Assembly: GCA_963771175.1 (NCBI GenBank)
Contig: CAVYSY010000027.1
Location: 32,001-96,000, forward strand
DNA length: 64,000 bases
Source: an uncultured delta proteobacterium
GTDB taxonomy: Bacteria > Myxococcota > Myxococcia > Myxococcales > Myxococcaceae
Reading direction: 5' to 3'
A program made the translations under genes and the position numbers. Shown here piece by piece: positions 1-10,403 of the stretch (its first letter is position 1; each line of letters starts with the position of its first letter). The notes beneath the pieces are model-generated. The model was given only the letters and a program-made list of their open reading frames with translations. It did no database searches and was not told the origin of the DNA.

Positions 1-543
1 CGCGCGCGTCCGGAGCTGCGCTACGTGCCACGGGCGGCCGTGAAGGCGTGGACGCGGATGGTGTCGAGCGACCCGCGAATGACCGGGGTGTCGGCGGAGC
101 GCAAGCGCAAGTTCGCCGAGCTGCGGCGGCAGGTGACGCGCGAGCTGTACGCGGCGGGGGCGAAGCTGCTGGTGGGCTCGGACTCGCCGCAGCTCTTCAT
201 GGTGGCGGGCTTCGCGATGCACCGGGAGATGGAGGCGCTGGCGGCGGCGGGGGTGCCCACGTACGGGGTGCTGGAGGCGGCCACGCGCAACCCGGCGGAG
301 TACCTCGGCGAGGCGGACACCTGGGGCACGGTGGCCGAGGGCAAGCGCGCGGACCTGCTGCTGTTGGACGCCAACCCGCTGGAGGACGTGAAGCACACGC
401 GCGACCTCGCCGGGGTGATGGTGCGCGGGCACTGGCTGCCGCGGAGCGAGCTGGGCGCGCTGCTGGAGCGCACGGCCGTGGCGGCGAACGCGCCTCCCCC
501 GGTGAAGAAGCGCATGGCCACCGCCACGTCGCCGGTCCCATGA
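1..543 (+). CDS. Amidohydrolase family protein, C-terminal part (5' end outside window)
   Basis: Frame open from base 1; motifs LLVGSDSP, ATRNPAEYLG and GTVAEGKRADLLLLDANPL are typical of amidohydrolase C-termini. Confidence 0.85.
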   Translation, partial: RARPELRYVPRAAVKAWTRMVSSDPRMTGVSAERKRKFAELRRQVTRELYAAGAKLLVGSDSPQLFMVAGFAMHREMEALAAAGVPTYGVLEAATRNPAEYLGEADTWGTVAEGKRADLLLLDANPLEDVKHTRDLAGVMVRGHWLPRSELGALLERTAVAANAPPPVKKRMATATSPVP

Positions 544-564
544 TGGGGTGAACGGGAGGGACAC

Positions 565-978
565 ATGGCACGCATGGACAGCTTCGTGGAATACACCCTG
601 GAACTGCTGGAGCCCCTCGGCTCCGTGCTGGCGCGCGCCATGTTCGGCGGGTGGGGCCTGTATCAGGGCGGGAGGATGTTCGGCCTGATCATCGAGGACC
701 GGCTCTACCTGAAGACGGACGACGCCACGCGCCCCGACTTCGAGTCCGCGGGGGGCGAGCCCTTCGTCTACGACGCGGGCAAGGGTCGCAAGCCCGTCAC
801 CATGTCGTACTGGACGCCTCCGCCGGACGCGAGCGACGACGCCCACCTGCTGCTCCCATGGGCCCGCCGCGCGGTGGAGGCCTCCCTGCGCGCCGCCCAG
901 AAGAAGCCCGCCGCGAAGAAGAAGCAGGCCCCGAAGAAGAAGCCCGCCGCGAAGAAGCGCGCCCCTCGGCGCGCCTGA
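565..978 (+). CDS. TfoX/Sxy N-terminal domain protein with Lys/Ala-rich tail
   Basis: RAMFGGWGLY..MFGLI..DRLYLK and MSYW motifs; GGGAGG RBS upstream; KKPAAKKK tail. Confidence 0.85.
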   Translation: MARMDSFVEYTLELLEPLGSVLARAMFGGWGLYQGGRMFGLIIEDRLYLKTDDATRPDFESAGGEPFVYDAGKGRKPVTMSYWTPPPDASDDAHLLLPWARRAVEASLRAAQKKPAAKKKQAPKKKPAAKKRAPRRA

Positions 979-1084
979 CCGTCACCGGTCCAGTCAACCG
1001 GAGTGGAGCTGACGCGCCAGGACGAGCGGACGATGGCGACGCGTGGCAGGCTGCGGACCCTCAACCCCATACACGAGGGACTCC

Positions 1085-3272
1085 GTGCAACAGAGCCTGA
1101 AGCCGGCGATCGCCGCGCTGTCGCTGATGCTGCCCCTGACGTCACAGGCCAGTGCCAAGGGCGCCGTGCCCCCGCCGTCCGTCGCGGCGAAGAAGCCCGT
1201 GGTGGACACCTACCACGGCGTGAAGGTCGACGACCCGTACCAGTGGCTCGAGAAGAAGATCGACGACCCCGAGGTCCGCCAGTGGGTGGACGGGCAGACC
1301 GCGCACATGCGCGCGGTGCTCGACAAGCTGCCCTCGCGCGACGCCATCCGCGCGCGCCTCACCACGCTGATGACCCACAAGTCACCGGCTCACTTCGCCC
1401 TGGTGCGGAAGGGCGGCGTCTTCTTCGCGATGAAGTTCCAACCGCCCAGGCAGCAGCCCATGCTGGTGGTGCTGCCCTCGCTGGAGGACCCCTCCACGGC
1501 GCGCGTGCTGGTGGACCCGGTGGAGCTGGACCCGAGCGGAAAGACCACCATCGACTTCTTCGTCCCCTCGCCGGACGGCAAGAAGGTGGCCGTGTCGATG
1601 TCGAAGAATGGCACGGAGAGCGGTGACGTCACCGTCTACGACGTGGCCACCGGCAAGGTGCTGCCCGGCGAGGTGGTGCCCCGGGTGAACGGCGGCACCG
1701 CGGGCGGCAGCCTCACGTGGAACGGGGATGGCTCGGGCTTCTTCTACACGCGCTACCCGCGCGGCGAGGAGCGCCCGGCCGAGGACCGCGACTTCTTCCA
1801 GCAGGTGTACTTCCACAAGCTCGGCACGCCGACGGACACGGACACCTACGAGCTGGGCAAGGAGGCCCCGCGCATCGCCAACTACGAGCTCAAGACGTCC
1901 GAGGATGGCGCGTACGTGCTCGCCGTCCTGGGCAACGGCGACGGCGGCGAGTACTCGCTCCACCTGCGCGGGCCGCAGGGCACCTGGGCGCGGCTCTCGA
2001 CGTTCGAAGACAAGCTCATCGGCGCGGCCTTCGGGCAGGACGGTGCGCTCTACGCGCTCTCGCGCAAGGACGCGCCGCGCGGCAAGGTGCTGCGCATTCC
2101 GCTCGCCACGCCGTCGCTCGACAAGGCCACCGTCCTCGTCCCCGAGGGAGAGGCCTCCATCGCCGGCTTCCGCCCCACCGCCACCCGCCTCTACGTGATG
2201 GAGCAGCTCGGCGGCCCCTCGCGGATGCGCATGATGGGCCTGGACGGCAAGGACCTGGGCGTGGTGCCCACCCCGCCCGTCTCCTCCGCGGGCGGCGTGG
2301 TGCCCCTGGGCGGTGACGACGTGCTCCTGTTCAACAGCAGCTACACCGAGCCGCTCTCCGTGTACCGCTACGGCGCCAAGGACGGGAAGCTGGAGAAGAC
2401 GGCGCTGGGCCGCACCTCGCCCGTGGACACCCGCGACGTGGTGGTGGACCGCGTCATGTGCACGTCCAAGGACGGCACCCAGGTGCCGCTCAACATCCTC
2501 CACGCGCGCGGCGCGAAGCTGAACGGCAACAACCCCACGCTCCTCACCGGCTACGGCGGCTTCAACATCTCCCTCTCCCCGGGCCTCAACCCGCCTCAAC
2601 TTCGCCTTCATCGAGCAGGGCGGCGTGGTGGCCATCGCCAACCTGCGCGGCGGCGGCGAGTTCGGCGAGGAGTGGCACGCCAACGGCTCGCTGACGAAGA
2701 AGCAGAACGTCTTCGACGACTTCCACGCCTGCGCGAAGCTGCTGGTGGACAAGAAGTGGACGAAGCCCGAGCGCCTCGCCATCCAGGGCGGCAGCAACGG
2801 CGGCCTGCTCATGGGCGCGGCGCTCACCCAGCACCCGGAGCTGTACCGCACCGTGCTCGCGCACGTGGGCCTCTACGACATGCTGCGCGTGGAGCTCACG
2901 CCCAACGGCCAGTTCAACATCACCGAGTACGGGACGGTGAAGAACCCCGAGCAGTTCCAGGCCCTGTATGCCTATTCGCCCTACCACCAGGTGAAGGACG
3001 GGGTGAAGTACCCCTCGGTGCTCTTCACCTCGGGCGAGAACGACCCGCGCGTCGACCCGTTCCACTCGCGCAAGATGGTGGCCCGGCTGCAGGCGGCCAC
3101 GGGCTCCAAGCGCCCGGTGCTGCTGCGCACCAACAACATGGGCCACGGCCTGGGCACGCCGCTGGCCGAGTCCATCGAGGAGAAGGTGGACATCTACGCC
3201 TTCCTCTTCCACGAGCTGGGCATGAAGTACCGGCCGGTGGACGGCAAGGTGTCCGCCCCCGCGGCGAAGTAA
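1085..3272 (+). CDS. Secreted prolyl oligopeptidase (S9A); frameshift near 2590
   Basis: Signal peptide, DPYQWLE, YGGF, LRGGGEFG, GGSNGGLL nucleophile motif, DPRV, GHG; two ORFs joined by a 1-nt indel. Confidence 0.9.
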
Positions 3273-3282
3273 CCCCGCGGAC

Positions 3283-3316
3283 CCGCTCCCCTCTGCCCGC
3301 CGTGGGAGGGGAGCGG
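3283..3316. terminator. GC hairpin after the peptidase stop (terminator or REP-like)
   Basis: ccgctcccctc (3283-3293) pairs with gaggggagcgg (3306-3316). Confidence 0.55.
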
Positions 3317-3366
3317 AGACCGCCCCGGGCCCCTCACGCGGTCCCACGCCCGGAGGAAGTGGGCCT

Positions 3367-3391
3367 CTTCTTCTTCTGCTCGCGCAGCTCG
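3367..3391. repeat. Left copy of a 25-bp imperfect direct repeat (right copy 5208-5232)
   Basis: cttcttcttctgctcgcgcagctcg vs cttcttcttctgctcacgcaactcg, 23/25 identical; both read ELREQKKK on the minus strand. Confidence 0.8.
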
Positions 3392-3393
3392 TC

Positions 3394-4421
3394 GTGCCCC
3401 GGGTCTCCTCGGAGACAGCCGAGCCGCGAGCGCATCGGGATTTCGTTGATCTTCGTGTGACCGCCGTGGGCTTTGGCATCACCGCGGGAGGGTATCTTCT
3501 CTACTGCGAGGGGTTGCCGCTGCCCGTGCTCGTCCCCGAGTCGCATGTCGATCTCGGACTCACGAACGCAGTGCCGCTGAATGCATCCATCTACCCGGAC
3601 CGGGAGTCGGCCCTGCAGAAGTGGCGGACAATGCCCACGGGTCAAGACACGCGAGGTACGCCTATTACCGTGGAGCAGGGGGCGCGCTCATCGTGCCCAC
3701 CCTCTTCTCTCCGGCCACCACCCCCCGCATTGCCCAGACGATGCTCGAGGTGCGCAAACACCTGACAGAAACACTCCAGCGCGAGCTGAAGGTCCTCTTG
3801 TTGAGCCTGACGGGGACCAGGGTTCTGCAGGGAGTCTTCTCGAGCGTGGTGCGAGTGGGCTCGGAGCCAGCACTCCGACCGCCCGCCCAGAACAGGGGAG
3901 TCGGGGGCGAAGCTCCGGCGCCGCGACAACCGGTGACACGAGCAGCTGCACCCGATCCACAACCCGCTCCCGCTCCGGCGCCAACGGCTCCTGCTCCCGT
4001 GCCGGGCGCACCCGCGCCATCGCGGGGATTGGTCCAGGCGCTCACTGGCAACAACCCGACCGGACAGGTGGCTCCTGGTCCGCGCCTGCCGCAGGATGCC
4101 GCAGTCAGCACGAAGGTGCCCGCGGTACGTCGGTTGGACCGGCCCATCGGCTCCAGCCCGGTCCAGAATGCGCAGGTCCAGGCGGACATCGACTACCTGC
4201 AAAACCTGGGTGCCACGAACATCCGGGTGAACCAGCAGCAAGTCACAATACGCAACGGCCAGCGAGTGGGAGTCAATCGGCCGGACCTGCAGTTCGACTA
4301 TAACGGCCGCCGCTACCATGTGGAGTACGACACGCCCAGCTCGGGCCGTGGCTCTGGTCACCAGTCACGCATCACGTCCAACGACCCGAACACGGAAACC
4401 ATCCTCTTGATCGTGCCCTGA
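3394..4421 (+). pseudogene. Putative polymorphic toxin, probably N-terminally truncated, with a C-terminal restriction-endonuclease-like domain; frameshift near 3650
   Basis: ORFs 3394..3765 and 3621..4421 join into one protein; Pro/Ala linker followed by NQQQV..RVGVNRPDLQFDYNGRRYHVEYD (PD..E-like motif); followed closely by a cognate gene. Confidence 0.6.
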
Positions 4422-4437
4422 CGGGAAGGCGCAGCCG

Positions 4438-5167
4438 ATGACCGAGAACATGAAGGGACTGCTCCTTGATGACCGCTGGGCGCCCATCACTTCGGGAGAT
4501 GGGATTTCTGGAGACTGATGCGGAACATGCCGCTCGCGCCTTCGCGGCGTGGCAGGCAGGGCTGCAGGCGCCCCGTGGCATCGCCGTGGAAGTGCGCCCG
4601 GTCTCGGGCTCCCTGGAGCAGGCCCTCTCGTCCCTGCTGCCAATGACCAGTCCAGAGACACGGCGATACCTCTTCATTCCGACACGAAGCCCCTGGACGG
4701 CGTACGTCGAAAACGGGTGGGGCGGGACCGATGCCGCGAGCGCTATGTCCTACATGGCCCGGACACTTGGCTGCCGGGGCATGCGTGTGGTCGCCGTGCC
4801 CCACACCCTCCGGAAGGACAAAGGCCGCTATGGCGCCGTGATGCTTGAGGTGTACGGCCCACATCGGACAGCATGGCTCAACTACGTTCGGACCCTGGGC
4901 GCGTCCAATGACGGGGGCCGCTGGGTCTTCGACCAATCCGGCGAGCCCTTCCCCTTCGAGAAGCTGGAGCAGTACCAGGCACGCCGGGTGAGGGACCGGT
5001 TCACGTTCGACATGCTCAAGGAGTACCTGCGTCACCTGGGGCTGTCGCCCTTCGAGGAGGACTTCTACCTGCCGCAGGGCACCCCCGCCTGGCTGGTGGA
5101 GAAGACAGGGACGTTCGTCCCCGCTCAGACGGAGTACGCCCTGGCCCAGGCTCGGGAGCACTTCTGA
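4438..5167 (+). CDS. Putative immunity protein for the upstream toxin; frameshift near 4495
   Basis: Starts 16 nt after the toxin stop with a GGAAGG RBS; MTENMKGLLLDDRWAPITS joins EMGFLETD.. after removing one G; position is typical of immunity genes. Confidence 0.55.
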
Positions 5168-5195
5168 CACAGGGTCTGAAGGAACTTTCCTCGGC

Positions 5196-6724
5196 TCAGG
5201 CGCTCGGCTTCTTCTTCTGCTCACGCAACTCGCCATAGAGCGAGACGCGGCCGGCCACCGTGCCCGCAACCACGTTCTCCAGCGGGCGCAGCGCCCGAGG
5301 CAGCGGCAGCACCGCCCTCATTCGCCGCCGCACCTCGTCCTCCACCAGGCCTCGCAGCACCTCGGACTGCACCCGCCCCAGCGTGGCGGCCACCACGTAG
5401 GGCTCTGTTCCACGGGTGCCTCCTCCGGCCGCACCACCTTCATGTGGTGCACCGCCAGGTCATAGAAGCTCCGCCGCGCGCACTCGTCGTCCTCGAAGGG
5501 GAACTCCCCTCCGAGCGCCTTGCCCACGGCCAGCCCCGAGGTGAATGCCATCTCGTGCCCGGAGATGAGCCCCGTGTACTCCCCGCAAAAGTAGGTGCGC
5601 CGCTTGCCCTGGATGCGGTGCAGCTCCGACGAACGCACCGCATGCACCCCGTCGAATACCAGGTGCTGCCAGTGCTTCGTCTCCACCACCTTCGCCGGGT
5701 CGATCAGCCCCTCGGGCGGATTGCACGTGGCGAACAGGTCCTCGCCTCCCACCCAGTCCTGCAGGTCCGGCAGGTAGTAGTTGTAGTGCGCCCGCTCGAA
5801 GGGTCCCCGCGCCTCCGGCGTGACGTACGTGTACGCCGCCCACAGGCTCCGGTCCTCCGGCATTACCCGCGCATCCGTGTGCAGCACGATGGTCGCCGGC
5901 TCGTACTCCACCTCGCCGAGCAGCAGCGCCTCGTCCGAGGAGGGGTCGTCCAACAGCTTCAGCGCCGTGCCCGCCTCCGTGGCCAGGACCACCTGGTCGA
6001 ACCGGTGCACCGAGCCGTCCATGCACGTCAGCGTCACCCCGTCCCGCTCGCGGCGGATGGAGCGGACCCCACAGCCCGTGCGCACGCTCGATGCGAAGCA
6101 CGCGGACAGCCGCCGCACGTACTCGCGCGAGCCCTGCTTCACCGTGCGCCACGGCGTAGGCCCCACCAGCGAGTAGCCGCTCACCGGCCCGAAGGTGGCC
6201 GCCACCATGAACATCGACATCCGCAACAGGCCGATGCGCGTGACGAAGAGGACCGACAGCAGCGGCGCCAGCACCTTGTGCTTGAAGTCCTCCGAGTACC
6301 CCTCCTGCTCCAGGTACTGCTCCACCGTCAGGGGCATGTACTTCTTCGGGTGGGAGACGATCTCCGGCAGCGCGAGCTGGAAGCGGTCCACCTCGTGCCG
6401 AACGGACTCCCAGAACGCCGAGTCCCGCCCCGTGCGCCAGTGGCCACCCTGAAAATGGATGGACAGCTCCAGGCCCCGGCGCATCGGCTGCGTCTCCACG
6501 CCCAGCCGCCGGAAGAGCGCCGACAGGTTCGGATACACCCACTCGTGGTAGATGAGGAACCCGATGTCCACCGGCACCGTGCGGCCACCGCGCGTCACCT
6601 CCGCGGTGTGCGCATGGCCTCCCAGCACCGGCGACGCCTCGAAGAGCGTCACCTGATGCTGGCGGTTCAGGCTGTAGGCGGCGCCCATCCCCGCGATGCC
6701 GCCGCCCACGACGGCGACCTTCAC
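5196..6724 (-). CDS. FAD-dependent oxidoreductase (amine-oxidase fold, COG2907-like fatty-acyl modifying family); frameshift near 5400
   Basis: VAVVGGGIAGMGAA, FEASPVLGGHAHT, VDIGF, YPNL, QGKRRTYFCGEY; GTG start overlaps the FAAL stop. Confidence 0.8.
5208..5232. repeat. Right copy of the 25-bp imperfect direct repeat, inside the last codons of the oxidoreductase gene
   Basis: 23/25 match to 3367-3391. Confidence 0.8.
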
Positions 6725-8473
6725 GCAGCCTCCTCCATCAGCGGCTGCAGGCTGCGCTCCAGGTACGCGCGCTTCGCGGCCTGCCGTTGAATCTTGCCGC
6801 TGGACGTCTTGGGGATGCTCCCCGGCTTGAGGAACATCAGGTCGTGCAGCCGGAGCTGGTACGCGTCGTTGATGGCCTGACGCACCGTGTCCGTCGCCGC
6901 CTGGACGTCGAAGGCCGCGCCGCCCTGCTGCTGCTTCGTGTCCACCTCCGCCACCACCACCAGCCGCTCCTCGCCCTCCACCTCCACCGAGAAGGCCGCG
7001 CCACACCCCGGCCGCACCGCCGGCAGCGCCGCCTCCACCGTCCACTCGAGGTCCTGCGGGTAGTGGTTCTGCCCGCCGATGATGATGAGGTCCTTCCTGC
7101 GGCCGGTGATGTACAGCAGCCCGTCTCGCATGAAGCCCAGGTCTCCCGTGCGCAGCCACGTGCGGGAGTCATCCCCGCGGATGCGCGCGCGGAACGTCTC
7201 CTCGGACAGCTCCGGCTTCCGCCAGTAGCCCTGCGCCACGCTGGGTCCATACACCCAGATCTCCCCCACTCGCCCCTCCGGCAGGGGGTCGCGGGACTCC
7301 GGCTCCACGATGGCCAGGCCGTAGCCCTCCTGGGACTCGCCGCAGGAGACGATCTCCGCGGCGTTGGCGTCGCCCGCGGGCAGCGGCACCACCCGGTCCT
7401 CCTTGAGGGCCTCCTTGTCCACGCTCAGCGTCACCACGCCGCGCCCCTGCGCGCCCGGCGCCTTCAGCGTCGCCTCCGCGAGGCCGAACACCGGGAAGAG
7501 CGCCGCCGGGGAGAAGCCCCGGGGAGCAGAACGTCTCGATGAAGCGCCGCATGGTGCCCGCGCGCACCGGCTCGGCGCCGCAGTACGCGCTGCGCCACGA
7601 GGACAAATCCAATGCGGCCAGGGCCTCCGGCGTCGCCTTGCGCACGCACAGCTCGTAGCCGAAGTTGGGCCCTCCCGAGTGCGTCACCTTGAAGGCCGTC
7701 ACCGCCTGGAGCCAGCGCAGCGGGTGCTTGAGGAAGTCCGCCGGGGACATCAGGTACACCGGGTAGCCCGAGTAGAAGCCCTCCATCAGCCCGTCCACGA
7801 GCCCCATGTCGTGGAAGGACGGCAGCCACGTCACCGAGCACGAGTCCTCGCCCAGCTTCACGCTGCCCTGGATGTGGGCGACGTTGGCCAGCAGGTTGCC
7901 GTGGCTCACCATCACCCCCTTGGGCGACGAGGTGGAGCCCGAGGTGTACTGAAGGAAGGCGAGCTGCTCGCTCCGGACGCTGGCCGGAGACTCCAGCGCC
8001 GTCACGCCCAGGTCCTCCTGGTCGGTGGCCAGCCACTTCAGCTCCGCCAGGCCGGGCACCTGCTCGGCGAAGGCCGCCGCCATGGCGCAGATGTCGACGG
8101 TGGACAGCACCACCTTCGGGCGGCAGTCCGCGATGATGCCCAGCAGCCGGCCCAGGGTGCGCTCCAGCCGGGTGGGGTCCGGCGGGTAGGCCGGCACCGC
8201 CACCGTGCCCGCGTAGAGGCAGCCCAGGAAGGCCTCCACGTATTCCGCCCCCTGGGGGTAGAGCAGCAGCGCGCGCTCGCCCTCCACGCCGTGGGCCTTC
8301 AGCAGCGCGGCGATGGTGCGGGCCCGTTGATCCAACCCCGCGTAGGAGTGCGCCTTGCGCTCCTCGGTGCCACGCACGATGAAGGTGAGGGCCCTGCGCT
8401 CCGGATGGCGCTCGGCGCGACGATGAAGGATTTGCGCGAGCGATGTCGCGCCCGAGATGCAGTCAGAAGCCAT
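6721..8473 (-). CDS. Fatty acyl-AMP ligase (FAAL); frameshift near 7528
   Basis: AFLQYTSGSTSSPKGVMVSHGNL, WLPSFHDMGL, GGPNFGY, GAEPV, FGLAEATL, WLRTGDLGF, GRRKDLII, NHYPQDLE, IPKTSSGKIQR. Confidence 0.92.
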
Positions 8474-8506
8474 GGGGGTACTCCAATCCGAGAGGAGGGG
8501 GGTTCT

Positions 8507-9673
8507 CTACTGACGGGGAGGAAGCGGCGTGCCGTCGTTGCCATCCGAGATGCCGATGGCATTGGCGTACTCCTCATATCCGGCGGCGGGCCGCTCCGCC
8601 TTGCCGGCGGCGAGCTGCTCCCGGAAGCGCGGCACCGCGTCCACGTAGGAGCGGACCACGCCCACCGCGCGCAGCAGGCGGATGAAGAGGAAGGCCATGT
8701 CGAGCTGCGACGGCACCAGCCGCAGGTTGGCCGAGCGGGGGAACTTGTGGTGGTTGTTGTGCCACTCGGAGGCGAAGACGCCGTAGAAGACCTGGTTGAG
8801 GGCCAGCGTCCGATCGTCGAACTCCCAGCCCGGCATCTTCGCCCGCGGCCACCAGCCACCATGGCCGACGAAGTTGAAGTCGCGGATGAGGCAGGTGACG
8901 AAGCACACCGCCGCGTACCAGGCCAGCACGCACGGCACGCCGCCCACCGCATACGCCAACCCGGCCCACAGCACCTGCGCGACGAGCATGCGCACCGCGA
9001 GATGCCCGGCGTGCTCCACCGTCCCCGTGCGCCGGAACTGCTCATAGGTGCTGATGGGAAAGCCGATGTGGCTCACCGTCCTCGCCAGGTGCTCGTACTG
9101 CACCGGCGTCATGTCGGTGTTGAGCTTCGTCACCGACTCGATGGCCAGGTAGCTGGCGAGGCGTCCCAGGTGCGGGCCGTACGGGTCCCCCACCCTATCC
9201 GAGCGCTGGTGGTGCACCCGGTGGGGAATGGCGTAGGTGTCCTCGCGGACGGTCATGCCGTTGAGCCACAGGAAGACGCGCGCCAGCCAGGGGTAGCGGA
9301 ACTCGAAGGCCTTGTGCGAGCAGTAGCGGTGCAGCCACGCCGTGTGCGTCACCGTGGCCAGGAAGAAGGCGGAGACGGAGAAGTAGAGGGCGCTCTTCCA
9401 CGACAGGTGCCAGCCCACGAACGCCACCAGGCACCCCATCGTCGACAGATGGAAGAGCACGTGCAGCGCGGCCGGCAGCCGGCGGAGGTCGGCGAGGAAG
9501 TTCACCGCGCTCCACCACTCGCGCAGCGCCTCGCCCACGGTGGGCTTCTTCGGCGTGCCCTCCGGTGTGGCCCACCCGAAGACAGGCTCCTGGAGGACCC
9601 AGCCCGCCTTGTTGCCCACGGGCGAGGACGGCTCCCCCTCCTCGGAGAGCAACCGCCGGGCCGCCTCAGCCAT
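8507..9673 (-). CDS. Membrane-bound fatty acid desaturase (delta9-type His boxes)
   Basis: HRYCSH, HRVHHQRSD..GDP, WHNNHHKFP; hydrophobic helices. Confidence 0.9.
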   Translation of the reverse strand: MAEAARRLLSEEGEPSSPVGNKAGWVLQEPVFGWATPEGTPKKPTVGEALREWWSAVNFLADLRRLPAALHVLFHLSTMGCLVAFVGWHLSWKSALYFSVSAFFLATVTHTAWLHRYCSHKAFEFRYPWLARVFLWLNGMTVREDTYAIPHRVHHQRSDRVGDPYGPHLGRLASYLAIESVTKLNTDMTPVQYEHLARTVSHIGFPISTYEQFRRTGTVEHAGHLAVRMLVAQVLWAGLAYAVGGVPCVLAWYAAVCFVTCLIRDFNFVGHGGWWPRAKMPGWEFDDRTLALNQVFYGVFASEWHNNHHKFPRSANLRLVPSQLDMAFLFIRLLRAVGVVRSYVDAVPRFREQLAAGKAERPAAGYEEYANAIGISDGNDGTPLPPRQ

Positions 9674-10403
9674 TGGCCCAGCCCTCGCGCCAGCTCACGA
9701 TGCGCGCACCGCACACCTTCTCGAACTTGCGCTTCATCTGCAGCACGGTGGTGAAGTCGTTCTCCACCGCCACCGGCAGCTCGCACACGTGCCAGCCGTA
9801 GTGCTTGAAGTTGCTGGCTGCCCGCAGCACCTCGGGCTTCAGCTCCGGCTTGCGCTCCAGCAGCTTGGTGAGAATCTGGTAGCCGCCCTCCGCGTGGCGG
9901 AACTCGTCCACGGAGATGAAGTTCAGCAGCTTCGCCAGCACCTTCTCCTGGCACTGCGCCGCGAGCTGCCGGGCGAAATAGCCCGCCGCGTGCTCGGACC
10001 AGATGAAGTTCACCAGCTCCTGGACGGTGTCCTCGGGCTTGAAGTTGACGTGCTCGATGTTGCGCTTGCGGATCTCCACCAACTCCTCGTCGGTGATGCG
10101 CGGCTCGCAGCCCACGATGTCCAGGTAGCGCCGCAGGCTCCAGAAGTGCCGGAAGCCCTCGAAGCACTCCACCTGGAAGACCGAGGTGGCATCCACGTCC
10201 TCGTGGAGCAGCTTGATGAGCGAGACGGTGCCCAGCGCGTGGTAGGACTCGATGAGGGCCGTGCGCCGCACCTTGTCCAGGATGTCCGGCTGGCTCAGCG
10301 CGACCTCGCGGTCGATGTCCCCCCAGGGGATGTCCTTCTCCACGTTCCAGCGCGACTCCGACTTGGCGCCGAAGAAATCGTAATAGTAACGCTCCGTCGT
10401 CAT
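9666..10403 (-). CDS. Ferritin-like diiron protein (acyl-ACP desaturase/AurF-like fold)
   Basis: RW..DIPW..ID start, ALIES, FEGFRH, SEH, VDEFRH; ATGA overlap with the upstream gene. Confidence 0.75.
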   Translation of the reverse strand: MTTERYYYDFFGAKSESRWNVEKDIPWGDIDREVALSQPDILDKVRRTALIESYHALGTVSLIKLLHEDVDATSVFQVECFEGFRHFWSLRRYLDIVGCEPRITDEELVEIRKRNIEHVNFKPEDTVQELVNFIWSEHAAGYFARQLAAQCQEKVLAKLLNFISVDEFRHAEGGYQILTKLLERKPELKPEVLRAASNFKHYGWHVCELPVAVENDFTTVLQMKRKFEKVCGARIVSWREGWANG

